The notes beneath the pieces are model-generated. The model was given only the letters and a program-made list of their open reading frames with translations. It did no database searches and was not told the origin of the DNA. Below, one piece after another: positions 1 through 8,775 of a DNA stretch of 41,506 nucleotides. The translations under genes were made by a program, and so were the position numbers. How positions within the stretch are numbered: the stretch's first letter is position 1; every line of letters begins with the position of its first letter. Source of the stretch: Candidatus Kaiserbacteria bacterium (GTDB taxonomy: Bacteria > Patescibacteriota > Minisyncoccia > Phycocordibacterales > Phycocordibacteraceae); contig DAIDIW010000009.1 of assembly GCA_027451665.1 (NCBI GenBank), positions 1 to 41,506 of the forward strand, in the 5' to 3' direction.

Positions 1-235
1 GCACCACGTAGTGCTAATGCAAGCGACTAGGATTCTATGGCTCAATAGAGCCATATTCTAGCGTACCTATCCGAAGAGCACAGTGCGTTTTTCGGTTCGG
101 AAGCCGTCTAGGATACCTCCCCTTCGCGGCCAAGTTCAGAATGGCCAACTGGGCGGAGATTGAGCGCGACCTTCAATACAGCGGCCTCCTTGACCTGCCT
201 CTTATCATGAACGGACTTCGGGTTTTTACGTAGCC

Positions 236-1144
236 CTAATGGTCATGCACTTCCTTGACCCCGCAATACAGGTCATTTGGGTCGCATCCTTCAATCTCAA
301 TCTGGATAGTCGTATGTCCAATCTGGAAACGAGTTTTTAGCTCCCGAACAATGTTTTTAATAATTTGCTGGCCATCCTCGACAGTTTTCCTCGAAATGAC
401 AGCATGACACGAGCATGCGAGCATGCCTGATGAAATCGTCCAGACGTGCAGGTCGTGTGTGGCAAGTACTCCAGCAACACCCCGTATTGCTTCCTCGACC
501 TGCTTCATATCGAGACCTGCAGGAGCGGCTTCCAAGAGTATGTTTACCCCTTCGCGCACCACACTCCATGAAGTCCAGAGAATGAAGAACCCGATTAGAA
601 CCGATGTAAGGGGGTCTACCCAATAAGCTCCCGCAAAGAGAATAACTACGCCCGCAACTATGACACCCATCGAAGCGACAGCGTCCCCAAGCATATGAAC
701 GTAAGCGCTACGCAGGTTCAGGTCATGCGTCTCTTTGCGAAGCAGAAAAGAAATAGCGGTATTGAGTACGAGAGCGGAAAGAGCGACCACAATCATCAGG
801 TGGCTGTTCACATCCTGATGCACCCCAAGTCGACGGTATGCCTCCCAGAAAATGTAGAAGGCGATGGCTATAAGTGCGAGAGCATTGAAGAGTGCCGCTA
901 AAATGGTCGCACGATGATAGCCAAAAGTTCGAGACGAAGTGGCAGGACTTTGTGCGACCCTTGCTGCACCGTACGCGAGAAGCAATGCAAGGGCATCAGC
1001 AAAGTTGTGTCCTGCGTCCGAGACGAGAGCCAAGCTGTGAGCTACGATGCCAGATAAAAGCTCAAAAACAACGAAAATGAGCGTAAGACCAAAGGCAATC
1101 AGCAAAGTACGGGTCGGTGCAGAATGAGAGTGAGTATGAGGCAT
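236..1144 (-). CDS. czcD: Cation diffusion facilitator (CzcD/ZitB-like Zn/Co/Cd exporter)
   Basis: SLALVSDAGHNFAD, TFGYHR, LNLRSAYVHMLGD, HDLHVW and HTTIQIE are CDF family motifs; multiple TM helices; His-rich N-terminus. Confidence 0.92.
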   Translation of the reverse strand: MPHTHSHSAPTRTLLIAFGLTLIFVVFELLSGIVAHSLALVSDAGHNFADALALLLAYGAARVAQSPATSSRTFGYHRATILAALFNALALIAIAFYIFWEAYRRLGVHQDVNSHLMIVVALSALVLNTAISFLLRKETHDLNLRSAYVHMLGDAVASMGVIVAGVVILFAGAYWVDPLTSVLIGFFILWTSWSVVREGVNILLEAAPAGLDMKQVEEAIRGVAGVLATHDLHVWTISSGMLACSCHAVISRKTVEDGQQIIKNIVRELKTRFQIGHTTIQIEIEGCDPNDLYCGVKEVHDH

Positions 1145-1248
1145 GATTATGGGTGCTCTATGTGCTCATTGTAGCGCATGCATTTTCGCCGTGTTTTCAG
1201 TAGGACAAGTTCAGAACTACTTAGGCCAAGCGAGATAGATTTGAACAC

Positions 1249-1434
1249 TCGACACGTGTGTTTTCCATCAGTCGCCGCGCAGGCAGTATCTTCACTCGTT
1301 CTGAACCAAACGAGAAACGTGTACTTTTGAACTTCTTACTTCAGAACCCGACCGTAGACGGAAAAACGCTAGGGTTTACCTTGCGTTCTCCGTTCAATAC
1401 CGTCCTTGAACTGGCTAACTGTCCTTCTTGGCTT
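1249..1434 (+). pseudogene. C-terminal remnant of a large serine recombinase
   Basis: RAGSIFTRSEPNEKRVLLNFLLQNPTVDGKTLGFTLRSPF resembles LSR C-terminal tails (compare TLTEKRELLACLKSKLTL in the 1663-2982 protein); no upstream domains. Confidence 0.55.
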
Positions 1435-1458
1435 GCATTCTCGTGCACCGAGAGCTAG

Positions 1459-1698
1459 TGATCCATATTGAGCAAGGGCGTACACGATCTCAATGAAGAG
1501 GAGTGCTTGCAGTATTTCGAGTCGGTTAAGATTTGTATTGAGCAAATTTTGGATGAGAAACTCGAAAAAACAAAGAAACTTGCGAAGGCCATAAAAGCTC
1601 GAGCGGCCGTACAAAAAGTGACTGGTGAATTGAGCACGAAAGCATCATCAGTCGCTACGTCATCAAACGAGACCGATGCATCGATCCTGGAGAGTTAA
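1459..1698 (+). pseudogene. 5'-truncated gene fragment (DUF4145/HEPN-like C-terminus)
   Basis: SILSKGVHDLNEEECLQYFESVKICIEQILDEK reads like a protein C-terminal region; preceded by in-frame stop, no convincing start. Confidence 0.4.
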
Positions 1699-2982
1699 TT
1701 TGCTCTTGAGGCACGCGAGCAGCTCCCGCTTCTCAGTGAGCGTGCCCTCCTTGAGCAGATACTTCGCGTAATTGCGAATGTCGATATCGGTCGCGCGGTC
1801 TTTCTTTGAGGCACCGAGTACGCCAATACGGAATTTGTTATATCGCGCCAGTTCTTCCTCGATCCGCGCTTTCATACCAAGCTCGTCTATATGCACGGTA
1901 TCCAAGAGGGCAGAGAGTGCCTCGATAAGCTGCGGCTCATTGATGGGCGGGTTGGCACACTCGACTCCTTTGCCTCGCGTGCAGCGGTAGTAGACATAGC
2001 GGGCAGAGCCGCCGCCCTTGAGGAGTTTCCATTTTTCATCTGCTGTGATGCCGCTGCCACAGTAACCGCAGGTGATGAGTTTCGTGAACGCGAACTCCTT
2101 GCTCTCGGTCTTAGGGATGTAGTGGTCAGCGATAGAAGCCTGCACCTTCTCAAAGAGTTCCTTGGTGATAATCGGGTCGTGCTTGCCCTGATACCAGTTG
2201 CCGCTGCCATAGGGGTACTCGAACTCGCCGTAGTAGAAGGGGTTGCGGATGAGGAGGTAGATGTTTCCGAGGACGAGCGGCTTGCCACTCCTGGCCTTAA
2301 AGCCGATCTTCTTGAGCCACCGATATACCTGACGCCCGCTCCACCCCTCGTTACCCACCTTCTCGAATATCTGCCGCACCACGATGGATCTCTTGGGGTC
2401 CACCCGCATCTGGCAGCGCTTGTCTCGGTCTTTCTCATTCAGATAGCCGGTCGGGGCAAGCCCAGGACGGTATCCCATCTCGGCACGCGCTCGTAGTCCG
2501 CGCTTCACATTGATGACCTTCTGATCGTTCTCGAGCTTGGCCTGGCTCCCGAGGATCATGAGCATGAATTTCTCGTTCGGGTTGTTGGTGAATTTCTGCG
2601 TATAGGTGCGAATCTCCACGAGGTGTTTAGAATCGAGGAGGTCCACGACGGCTCCCAGGTCTCCGGCGTTTCTTGATAGCCGATCCGGTGCCCAGGTGAG
2701 GATGCCGTTGTATTTTCCCGTTCTGATTTCCGCGAGCATCTCGTTGTACACCGCCCGCTGGCCCACCTCCTTGGAGGAGTGACTTTCACGTTTTAGCTCG
2801 ACCACGTTCAGCCCCTCCTTCTGCGCCAGATCGGTCATCTCACGCACCTGGCTTTCTATGGATAATGCCTGACGATCCTCTTCTTCGGTGCTCTTTCTCG
2901 CATAGAGGCAGTACGTCACGGGCGTTGCAATGGCTACGGTTAAGGGGCCCGAGATACGCGCTCTGGTTGCTGTATGTTCCAT
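1663..2982 (-). CDS. Large serine recombinase (resolvase + recombinase + zinc-ribbon domains)
   Basis: YARKS catalytic Ser, DRLSRN, NPFYYG, HDPIIT, CGYCG...YYRC zinc ribbon; ATG 2982 chosen as start. Confidence 0.93.
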   Translation of the reverse strand: MEHTATRARISGPLTVAIATPVTYCLYARKSTEEEDRQALSIESQVREMTDLAQKEGLNVVELKRESHSSKEVGQRAVYNEMLAEIRTGKYNGILTWAPDRLSRNAGDLGAVVDLLDSKHLVEIRTYTQKFTNNPNEKFMLMILGSQAKLENDQKVINVKRGLRARAEMGYRPGLAPTGYLNEKDRDKRCQMRVDPKRSIVVRQIFEKVGNEGWSGRQVYRWLKKIGFKARSGKPLVLGNIYLLIRNPFYYGEFEYPYGSGNWYQGKHDPIITKELFEKVQASIADHYIPKTESKEFAFTKLITCGYCGSGITADEKWKLLKGGGSARYVYYRCTRGKGVECANPPINEPQLIEALSALLDTVHIDELGMKARIEEELARYNKFRIGVLGASKKDRATDIDIRNYAKYLLKEGTLTEKRELLACLKSKLTLQDRCIGLV

Positions 2983-2987
2983 ACAGT

Positions 2988-3030
2988 ACAAGGGATGACG
3001 CAACCCCTCCTAGGAGTCCAGATGCCCTAG
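2988..3030. repeat. 43-bp direct repeat, copy 1
   Basis: acaagggatgacgca-accc-ctcctaggagtccagatgccctag; 39/43 identical to 8683-8725. Confidence 0.95.
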
Positions 3031-3100
3031 AGGGTGGGGGAGTTGGTAACTAACTCTCTACCACATCTTCCTTTCTTCGATCTTCGTAGCGAGAAACGAA

Positions 3101-5116
3101 TTAATTATATGTATATTCCACATCGAGCGTTCGCAAGCTCATAGCATTCGCCACAACGATGATAGTCGACGCGCTCATAAGGAGCGCGCCGATCTCGGGA
3201 CGCAAGAAGAGTCCCCATGCCGCAAAAACACCTGCGGCTGCGGGAATGGCCACTATATTGTAGCCAAGCGCCCAGATAAGATTCTGCACCATCTTGCGAT
3301 ACACTGCCCGAGAGAGAACGATAAGCCGCACGATATCGCCCGGATTGCTGCGTGTAAGGATCACATCACCCGCCTCAACCGCGATGTCCGTACCGGCACC
3401 GATTGCGATGCCGACATCGGCTTGAGTGAGTGCTGGCGCGTCATTCACACCGTCACCGACCATGAGAACGGTGTCGCCATCTTTTTGGAGCGTCTTGATA
3501 TGCCGGTACTTGTCTCCCGGCAAGACCTCGGCGAAGTACGTATCGATGGCGAGTTCGTGCGCGACGCCTTGCGCTACTTGCTCAGTGTCCCCGGTGAGCA
3601 TCGCGACCCTGAGGCCGAGCGCGTGGAGTTTGCGCACGGTCTCTTTTGATTCAGGCTTCACCTCGTCCGCAAGCGCGATGAGGCCGAGCGTCCGACCGTT
3701 GCCACCGACAAAGACAACTGTCTTTCCGTCCTGAGAAAATCGTTCGGCCGTGGCCACGGCGGCGTTCAGAGGAATCCGCATTTCCGTCATAAGCGCTCTA
3801 TTGCCGACCGCATATTCTTTTCCATCCATCGTTGCGACGATACCCTTGCCCGCGATGTTTCTGAAGTTGCCGATTGAGGCAAGCGGCACACTGCGCTTCT
3901 TTGCATAAGTAACAATCGACTGTCCGATGACATGCGAAGAATGCTGCTCAAGCGATGCGGCGATGCGCGCGACATCATCTTTTTCGACATCCTCGAACAC
4001 TTCGACACCGACGACACCGAATACCCCCTTCGTGAGAGTGCCGGTCTTGTCGAATACGACATAGTTTGCCTTCCGAATCGTTTCGATCTTCGCGAGATTC
4101 TTTATGAAAATGCCGTTTTTGACCGAGAGCGAAGTCGCGATAGTCGTCACGGTCGGTATGGCAAGGCCGAGCGCGTGTGGACAGGCGATAACGAGCACGG
4201 TGATGGCAAGGGTGATGGCAAAGGCGAACGGCGCGCCGATGATGAACGACCAGACAAGGACGGTGAGGAGTGCAACACCGAGTGCGACGAATACGAGGAC
4301 GGCGGAGGCTATATCTGCGATACGCTGTGAACGCGGCTTGGTCGTTTGCGCGGAGGCAATAAGTTTGTAGATCTGCCCGATGGTTGAGTGTTCGCCGACA
4401 CGCGAAAGAATGACCGTGAGCGAGCCGTCAATCGCGAAAGACCCGGCAATCACTGCATCTCCTTTTTGTTTTTCAATCGGTTTCGATTCGCCGGAAATGA
4501 GGGATTCGTCCACATTTGACCGTCCCTCTATGACCGTGCCATCTGCCGGTATTTTCTCACCCGGCTTCACGAGTACCGCATCCCCTTCCTCAAGCACGAC
4601 AATATCGACTTCTGTTTCGATACCATTCGCGAGCTTGTGAGCTCGTTTCGGCAAAAGTTTTGCGACTTCCTGGAGCGCATCGCCGGCGGCAGAACTTGAG
4701 CGCGCCTCAAGGTAATGACCGAAGAGAAGCACCCAGATGAGAGTGGAGATTTCGAGATAGAATTGCACGCCAAGCGAAGGGATGAATGTCGAGACAACCG
4801 AGAATAGATAGCCTGAGCCGACGGCAAGCGAGACGAGCGTCATCATGCCGAATGCGCGGGCCTTTATCTCGTGCCACGCATGCTGGAAGAAAACAAGCGA
4901 GAATCCGAAGATGATAGTCGCAATACCGAACTGGATCCACGGCCCGAGAGCGAGCATCGGTACATGCAAGAGTGTTGCTACAGGCGGATTTGTGAGCGCG
5001 AGCGGAATCAAAAGCACCGTAACAATCCAAAAACGTCGGAGATAACTCTGTGCAGAGCCGTGCCCCATACCATGACTCATGTGGGGCGAGTGAGTATGAG
5101 CGTGGTGAGAAGGCAT
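3101..5116 (-). CDS. copB: Copper-translocating P1B-type ATPase (CopB/P1B-3-like)
   Basis: CPH in TM, DKTGT phosphorylation site, SGES, GDGVNDAPAL, YN and MSAST motifs, His-rich N-terminus. Confidence 0.9.
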   Translation of the reverse strand: MPSHHAHTHSPHMSHGMGHGSAQSYLRRFWIVTVLLIPLALTNPPVATLLHVPMLALGPWIQFGIATIIFGFSLVFFQHAWHEIKARAFGMMTLVSLAVGSGYLFSVVSTFIPSLGVQFYLEISTLIWVLLFGHYLEARSSSAAGDALQEVAKLLPKRAHKLANGIETEVDIVVLEEGDAVLVKPGEKIPADGTVIEGRSNVDESLISGESKPIEKQKGDAVIAGSFAIDGSLTVILSRVGEHSTIGQIYKLIASAQTTKPRSQRIADIASAVLVFVALGVALLTVLVWSFIIGAPFAFAITLAITVLVIACPHALGLAIPTVTTIATSLSVKNGIFIKNLAKIETIRKANYVVFDKTGTLTKGVFGVVGVEVFEDVEKDDVARIAASLEQHSSHVIGQSIVTYAKKRSVPLASIGNFRNIAGKGIVATMDGKEYAVGNRALMTEMRIPLNAAVATAERFSQDGKTVVFVGGNGRTLGLIALADEVKPESKETVRKLHALGLRVAMLTGDTEQVAQGVAHELAIDTYFAEVLPGDKYRHIKTLQKDGDTVLMVGDGVNDAPALTQADVGIAIGAGTDIAVEAGDVILTRSNPGDIVRLIVLSRAVYRKMVQNLIWALGYNIVAIPAAAGVFAAWGLFLRPEIGALLMSASTIIVVANAMSLRTLDVEYTYN

Positions 5117-5120
5117 GTGG

Positions 5121-5390
5121 TTATTTCTTCTTAGAAACCTTATAAACCGACAGGATCTCCCGAATGGCTTTTGCCTGAGAGCCTCCTTTCATTTGTTCAA
5201 CAACGTGGGTAGAGAGGTGGTTCTCAAGCATCGCGTCTTCGACTGCCGAAAGCGCTTGGCGCACTGCGGAGGTCTGAGTAATAATATCAATGCAGTATGC
5301 TTCATGATGGACCATCTTCTCCAAGCCCCGGATCTGACCCTCTATTGTCTTGAGTCGGCGCTCAATCTTTTCCTTGACTAGTTTCTTCAT
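5121..5390 (-). CDS. csoR: CsoR/RcnR-family metal-sensing repressor
   Basis: RLKTIEGQIRGLEKM...YCIDIITQ...HLSTH (C-H-H ligand pattern); directly upstream of the Cu ATPase. Confidence 0.9.
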   Translation of the reverse strand: MKKLVKEKIERRLKTIEGQIRGLEKMVHHEAYCIDIITQTSAVRQALSAVEDAMLENHLSTHVVEQMKGGSQAKAIREILSVYKVSKKK

Positions 5391-5396
5391 AGCGAT

Positions 5397-5426
5397 ATGA
5401 TACCCCCAGGGGGTGTTTTGGGTCAA
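5397..5426 (-). promoter_or_regulatory. csoR-copB promoter with CsoR operator
   Basis: Minus strand TTGACC-18 nt-TATCAT-6 nt-ATG; the palindrome ACCCCC-A-GGGGGT (5402-5414) lies in the spacer and matches the C/G-tract CsoR operator type. Confidence 0.85.
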
Positions 5427-5459
5427 TCGATGAAGATTATTCATCTAACTAAAAATCAT

Positions 5460-5750
5460 ATGATGTGGGGATACGATCCGAGCGGGTATGGATACGGTTC
5501 AATGATGGGTTGGGGAGGTTTTGGTCTCCTCTTTATGATTTTCTGGTGGGCCATCATTATTGCAGTGGCGATTTCCCTGTTTCGTTGGTTCTCGCATAAA
5601 TGCGATGGACATGACTGTGAACATTCGGGGAGGCGAATACGGCACGAGTATGAGAAATCTGCTCTCGATCTTCTCAAGGAGCGATATGCGAAGGGCGAGA
5701 TAGATAAAGACGAATTTGAGACGAAGAAAAAAGATCTGACGGAAAATTAA
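5460..5750 (+). CDS. SHOCT-domain membrane protein
   Basis: Gly/Met-rich N-terminus, one TM, C-terminal ALDLLKERYAKGEIDKDEFE. Confidence 0.85.
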   Translation: MMWGYDPSGYGYGSMMGWGGFGLLFMIFWWAIIIAVAISLFRWFSHKCDGHDCEHSGRRIRHEYEKSALDLLKERYAKGEIDKDEFETKKKDLTEN

Positions 5751-5751
5751 T

Positions 5752-6135
5752 ATGCGGTACGGGTACAGCAAAAAGATTGATCTCCCGTTTATAGAGGTGG
5801 TGGCGAAGATGAAAGATGCCCTTGCATCCGAAGGATTCGGCGTGCTCACCGAAATTGACGTCAAGGCGACTATGAAGAAGAAGCTCGATATCGAGTACGA
5901 CAATTACACTATTCTCGGAGCATGCAATCCAACATTCGCCCACCAAGCACTCCAGATGGAGAAGGAAATCGGACTTCTCTTGCCCTGCAACGTCATCGTG
6001 TATGAAGACAGTGATGGCATACACGTTTCCGCCATCGTGCCATCGGTTGCTATGAGCATGGTAGAAAACCCAAGCCTGTCGGTTCTCGCTGAAGAGGCTG
6101 GGGAACGGCTAAAGCGCACGATTGATTCGCTCTAA
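5752..6135 (+). CDS. DUF302 family protein
   Basis: GFGVLTEID, ILGACNP, IGLLLPCNVIVYE. Confidence 0.9.
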   Translation: MRYGYSKKIDLPFIEVVAKMKDALASEGFGVLTEIDVKATMKKKLDIEYDNYTILGACNPTFAHQALQMEKEIGLLLPCNVIVYEDSDGIHVSAIVPSVAMSMVENPSLSVLAEEAGERLKRTIDSL

Positions 6136-6740
6136 TAACCTTCGACGAAGGTATAGTTTGAAGGAATCGCGAGCGTACTTGAAGCTGTACCGTACACCAC
6201 CGCTATTTCCTCGTGTTCGGTGAGCGCGAGGTCGCGCGGATCACCGGCGACAAGCTTATCATCCGCATAGACTTTGAGCGTATGCCTGGTGTCCGCACGA
6301 TAACCGCCAAGAGCATTCTTCGTGAAGCGCACGCCCCAGATATCGAAGAACTGTCCGAGCGTGAAGTCGCGAACGGTGTTTGACTCGACATGAATAACAC
6401 CGCTCGTGTCGTGCGTGTGGACGGGAGAGATGAATCCCGCAGCTTCATCAATGCCGATGCCAGCGGGAATGGCGACTGAATTACCGTTGATGATGATGTC
6501 TATATGCTGGTGGATATGAAGGGCAGATCCTTCTGAAGCGAGTGCCGGTAACCCGATGTCGGCAAGTCGCGCACGCAGATTTGCCATCTCCGGAATCCAT
6601 GGAACATTTCCCGTTTCTATTCCGGGAAGATTATTCGGGTCAGTAATGAGAACCGTTTGAGTCGTTGGGAAGAGACGGCCCCACGACAAGAGAAGGCCAA
6701 TCGCAATAACGAGTGCGCCTATGATTAGAGTCGTTTTCAT
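6132..6740 (-). CDS. Exported/membrane-anchored His-motif hypothetical protein
   Basis: N-terminal hydrophobic anchor; HIHQH, HTHD, IHVE, FTLGQFF. Confidence 0.75.
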   Translation of the reverse strand: MKTTLIIGALVIAIGLLLSWGRLFPTTQTVLITDPNNLPGIETGNVPWIPEMANLRARLADIGLPALASEGSALHIHQHIDIIINGNSVAIPAGIGIDEAAGFISPVHTHDTSGVIHVESNTVRDFTLGQFFDIWGVRFTKNALGGYRADTRHTLKVYADDKLVAGDPRDLALTEHEEIAVVYGTASSTLAIPSNYTFVEGY

Positions 6741-6760
6741 AATTTAGGTGTTTAGTGCGA

Positions 6761-7438
6761 TCAGCAGATGCTTGAGGTGTCCCAGTATGCGGCGACTTGC
6801 GCGGCGGTGTAGTGGTAATCCCGAATCATCTTCTTCGCGATGCCTTCGTTCACGTAGTAGTGCCAGCACTTGCAGCAACAGGGACCTTCTTTGGAGAGGT
6901 GCACCGCCTGATCCATCACCACTTGCTCGCCGGGTGTGAGAGTCGTCGCGTGGTCGTAGTTAATCCACTTCTTCGCGAGCGGTATCGGGGTTTTGTATGG
7001 ATTCATCGGCACATCGGGTATGTCCTTGTATTGCTGAAGACTCTTTAGCTCTTTGTTATATTCGGTTAGGTCTTTCATTGCGCCACAACACTGGCCGCCA
7101 AGATAGAGGCCGGTCGTGGTTGCGAGCGTCGAAGCTCCTGCGACACAGCTGCCACCTGCGACGGGAGTGCTCGATACTAGGCTGTCGATGTTCGGACTGC
7201 AGCTGATGATTTGTGAGTCGAGATCGACTAATATCGGGTCAACGTTTTTCGTGAGGTTTGCGCTCTGTGTTAGGAAGATTGCTTTGCCGCTTGCCGTCGG
7301 GATAGCGTTATAGGATGCAACGAGCTCGGCATGCGCTTTGGGTGTTCCGACTACGTTGGTCTTGGTAAGGACGAGCCCACCGACAACAATGACACCAGCC
7401 AGAATTGCCAGTGATATGTGGGGTTTGGAGATATTCAT
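6761..7438 (-). CDS. Exported Cys-rich hypothetical protein
   Basis: N-terminal TM; GGQCCG and GPCCCKCWH motifs. Confidence 0.75.
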   Translation of the reverse strand: MNISKPHISLAILAGVIVVGGLVLTKTNVVGTPKAHAELVASYNAIPTASGKAIFLTQSANLTKNVDPILVDLDSQIISCSPNIDSLVSSTPVAGGSCVAGASTLATTTGLYLGGQCCGAMKDLTEYNKELKSLQQYKDIPDVPMNPYKTPIPLAKKWINYDHATTLTPGEQVVMDQAVHLSKEGPCCCKCWHYYVNEGIAKKMIRDYHYTAAQVAAYWDTSSIC

Positions 7439-7440
7439 GC

Positions 7441-8151
7441 TTATCCATTCTTAAGCGCCGTTTCAATCGCTGTCTGCAACTGCGTATAGGGCACGGCTCC
7501 AACGATGAGTTGTTTGCCGATGATGAAGCTTGGCGTGCCGCTGACACCGAAGCCCGATCCTTCTGCTTTATCTGCGTCCATCTCTTTTTGATAGGTCGCT
7601 CCATTCGTCTTCACGAGCGCAAGAACCTTGTTCGTATCAGCGGTACCTAATACACCTTCGGTAATCGAGCGAATCTTATCCGCCGTCGCCCACCCGGTGT
7701 TTTCGGTGCCCTGGTTGTCATACACGGCCTTGTGCCACTCGTAGAACTTATCCGGCGCGACGTCCCACACGGCGCGAGCGGTCTGTCCGAGCGTCTGCGA
7801 ATCCGCGCCGAGAAACTGGTAATCCTTGAAGACCACCTTCGCCTTGCCGGTATTCACGTAGTCGCTCACGATCTGCGGCATCGCAGTTTCTTCGTTCTGC
7901 TTGCAGAAGGGGCATTGATAGTCGAACCAGTATGCGATGGTGACGGGAGCGTTCGGATTGCCAATGAACGGCTCGCCGGCGGTCTTTACTTTGCTGATGT
8001 CTGCGGTTTGTGCGGGAGGCGGCTGATTGGGAGCGGTTGCTGTTTGAGTGTTCGGATGGCCGTTATTCCACAGCACGGCACCGGCAATGAGAATGCCGGC
8101 AGCAAGAACAGAGAGCGGGGTTGAGAGTTGTGCGAGTTTTTCTTGATTCAT
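7441..8151 (-). CDS. DsbA-family thiol-disulfide oxidoreductase
   Basis: GNPNAPVTI, DYQCPFC, GVSGTPSF cis-Pro loop, N-terminal anchor. Confidence 0.9.
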   Translation of the reverse strand: MNQEKLAQLSTPLSVLAAGILIAGAVLWNNGHPNTQTATAPNQPPPAQTADISKVKTAGEPFIGNPNAPVTIAYWFDYQCPFCKQNEETAMPQIVSDYVNTGKAKVVFKDYQFLGADSQTLGQTARAVWDVAPDKFYEWHKAVYDNQGTENTGWATADKIRSITEGVLGTADTNKVLALVKTNGATYQKEMDADKAEGSGFGVSGTPSFIIGKQLIVGAVPYTQLQTAIETALKNG

Positions 8152-8204
8152 AGCTAATTGCTAAAGGAGTAATAGGCCGCAAGGCGGCTACACCGAAGCA
8201 ATGG

Positions 8205-8603
8205 CTAGAATGCTTTTGAATTGAGAATGCCGTTTGAAAAAGCGTCTTGAAGGGAGTGTCGGGAGATGAACCGGTCTTTTCTTGCAGGAGGCCGTATGTG
8301 CGGTTCAAGGAGTTTGAAAGAAATACCCCAAAGCAAGGGTACGAGGGGGATTATTGAAAGAGAAACAAGAAGAGCGATGAAAAGCGCAAATATGCCGCTG
8401 AATGGAATGGCCGTGAGCATGTTTTGGAGCGTGAAGGCATGCTCAAGCGGACTCATGTGGCAGAGTGCGGGAACGCCCATGAGCGGGCAATTGGATGTTT
8501 GTCCATCGATATCCGTCGACATTCCCAACTGAGTTATTCCAGGGGCACAAACAAAGAGAAAGGCGACCACGCTTGTGAGTAGGATATATTTTACTGCGCC
8601 CAT
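8205..8603 (-). CDS. Small membrane protein with Cys/Met/His motif
   Basis: Two hydrophobic segments flanking CPLMGVPALCHMSPLEH; first gene of the minus-strand run. Confidence 0.65.
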   Translation of the reverse strand: MGAVKYILLTSVVAFLFVCAPGITQLGMSTDIDGQTSNCPLMGVPALCHMSPLEHAFTLQNMLTAIPFSGIFALFIALLVSLSIIPLVPLLWGISFKLLEPHIRPPARKDRFISRHSLQDAFSNGILNSKAF

Positions 8604-8682
8604 TGCTCTTGAGCATATCGCAAATCAAGAAACACTCAAGCTTTGTTTATTGGTAACCTCCTTCACAAACCTTTGAATCAGC

Positions 8683-8725
8683 ACAAGGGATGACGCAGAG
8701 GCTCCTAGGAGTCCAGATGCCCTAG
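8683..8725. repeat. 43-bp direct repeat, copy 2
   Basis: acaagggatgacgca-gagg-ctcctaggagtccagatgccctag; matches 2988-3030. Confidence 0.95.
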
Positions 8726-8740
8726 TTGGTAAGAAACGGC

Positions 8741-8769
8741 TTCAGAAAATGAAGGTTTTATGCTAGGGT
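8741..8769 (+). promoter_or_regulatory. Candidate sigma70 promoter for the structured leader and RM gene
   Basis: TTCAGA-17 nt-TAGGGT with TGn extension; predicted start ~8776 coincides with the 5' base of the long stem. Confidence 0.45.
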
Positions 8770-8775
8770 TGACCT

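Noticed and set aside
6752-6763. Cys-TGA-Ser-His-TAA as possible selenocysteine or TGA recoding
   Set aside because: TGA is a normal stop in many genes here and no SECIS-like hairpin or Sec machinery is visible.
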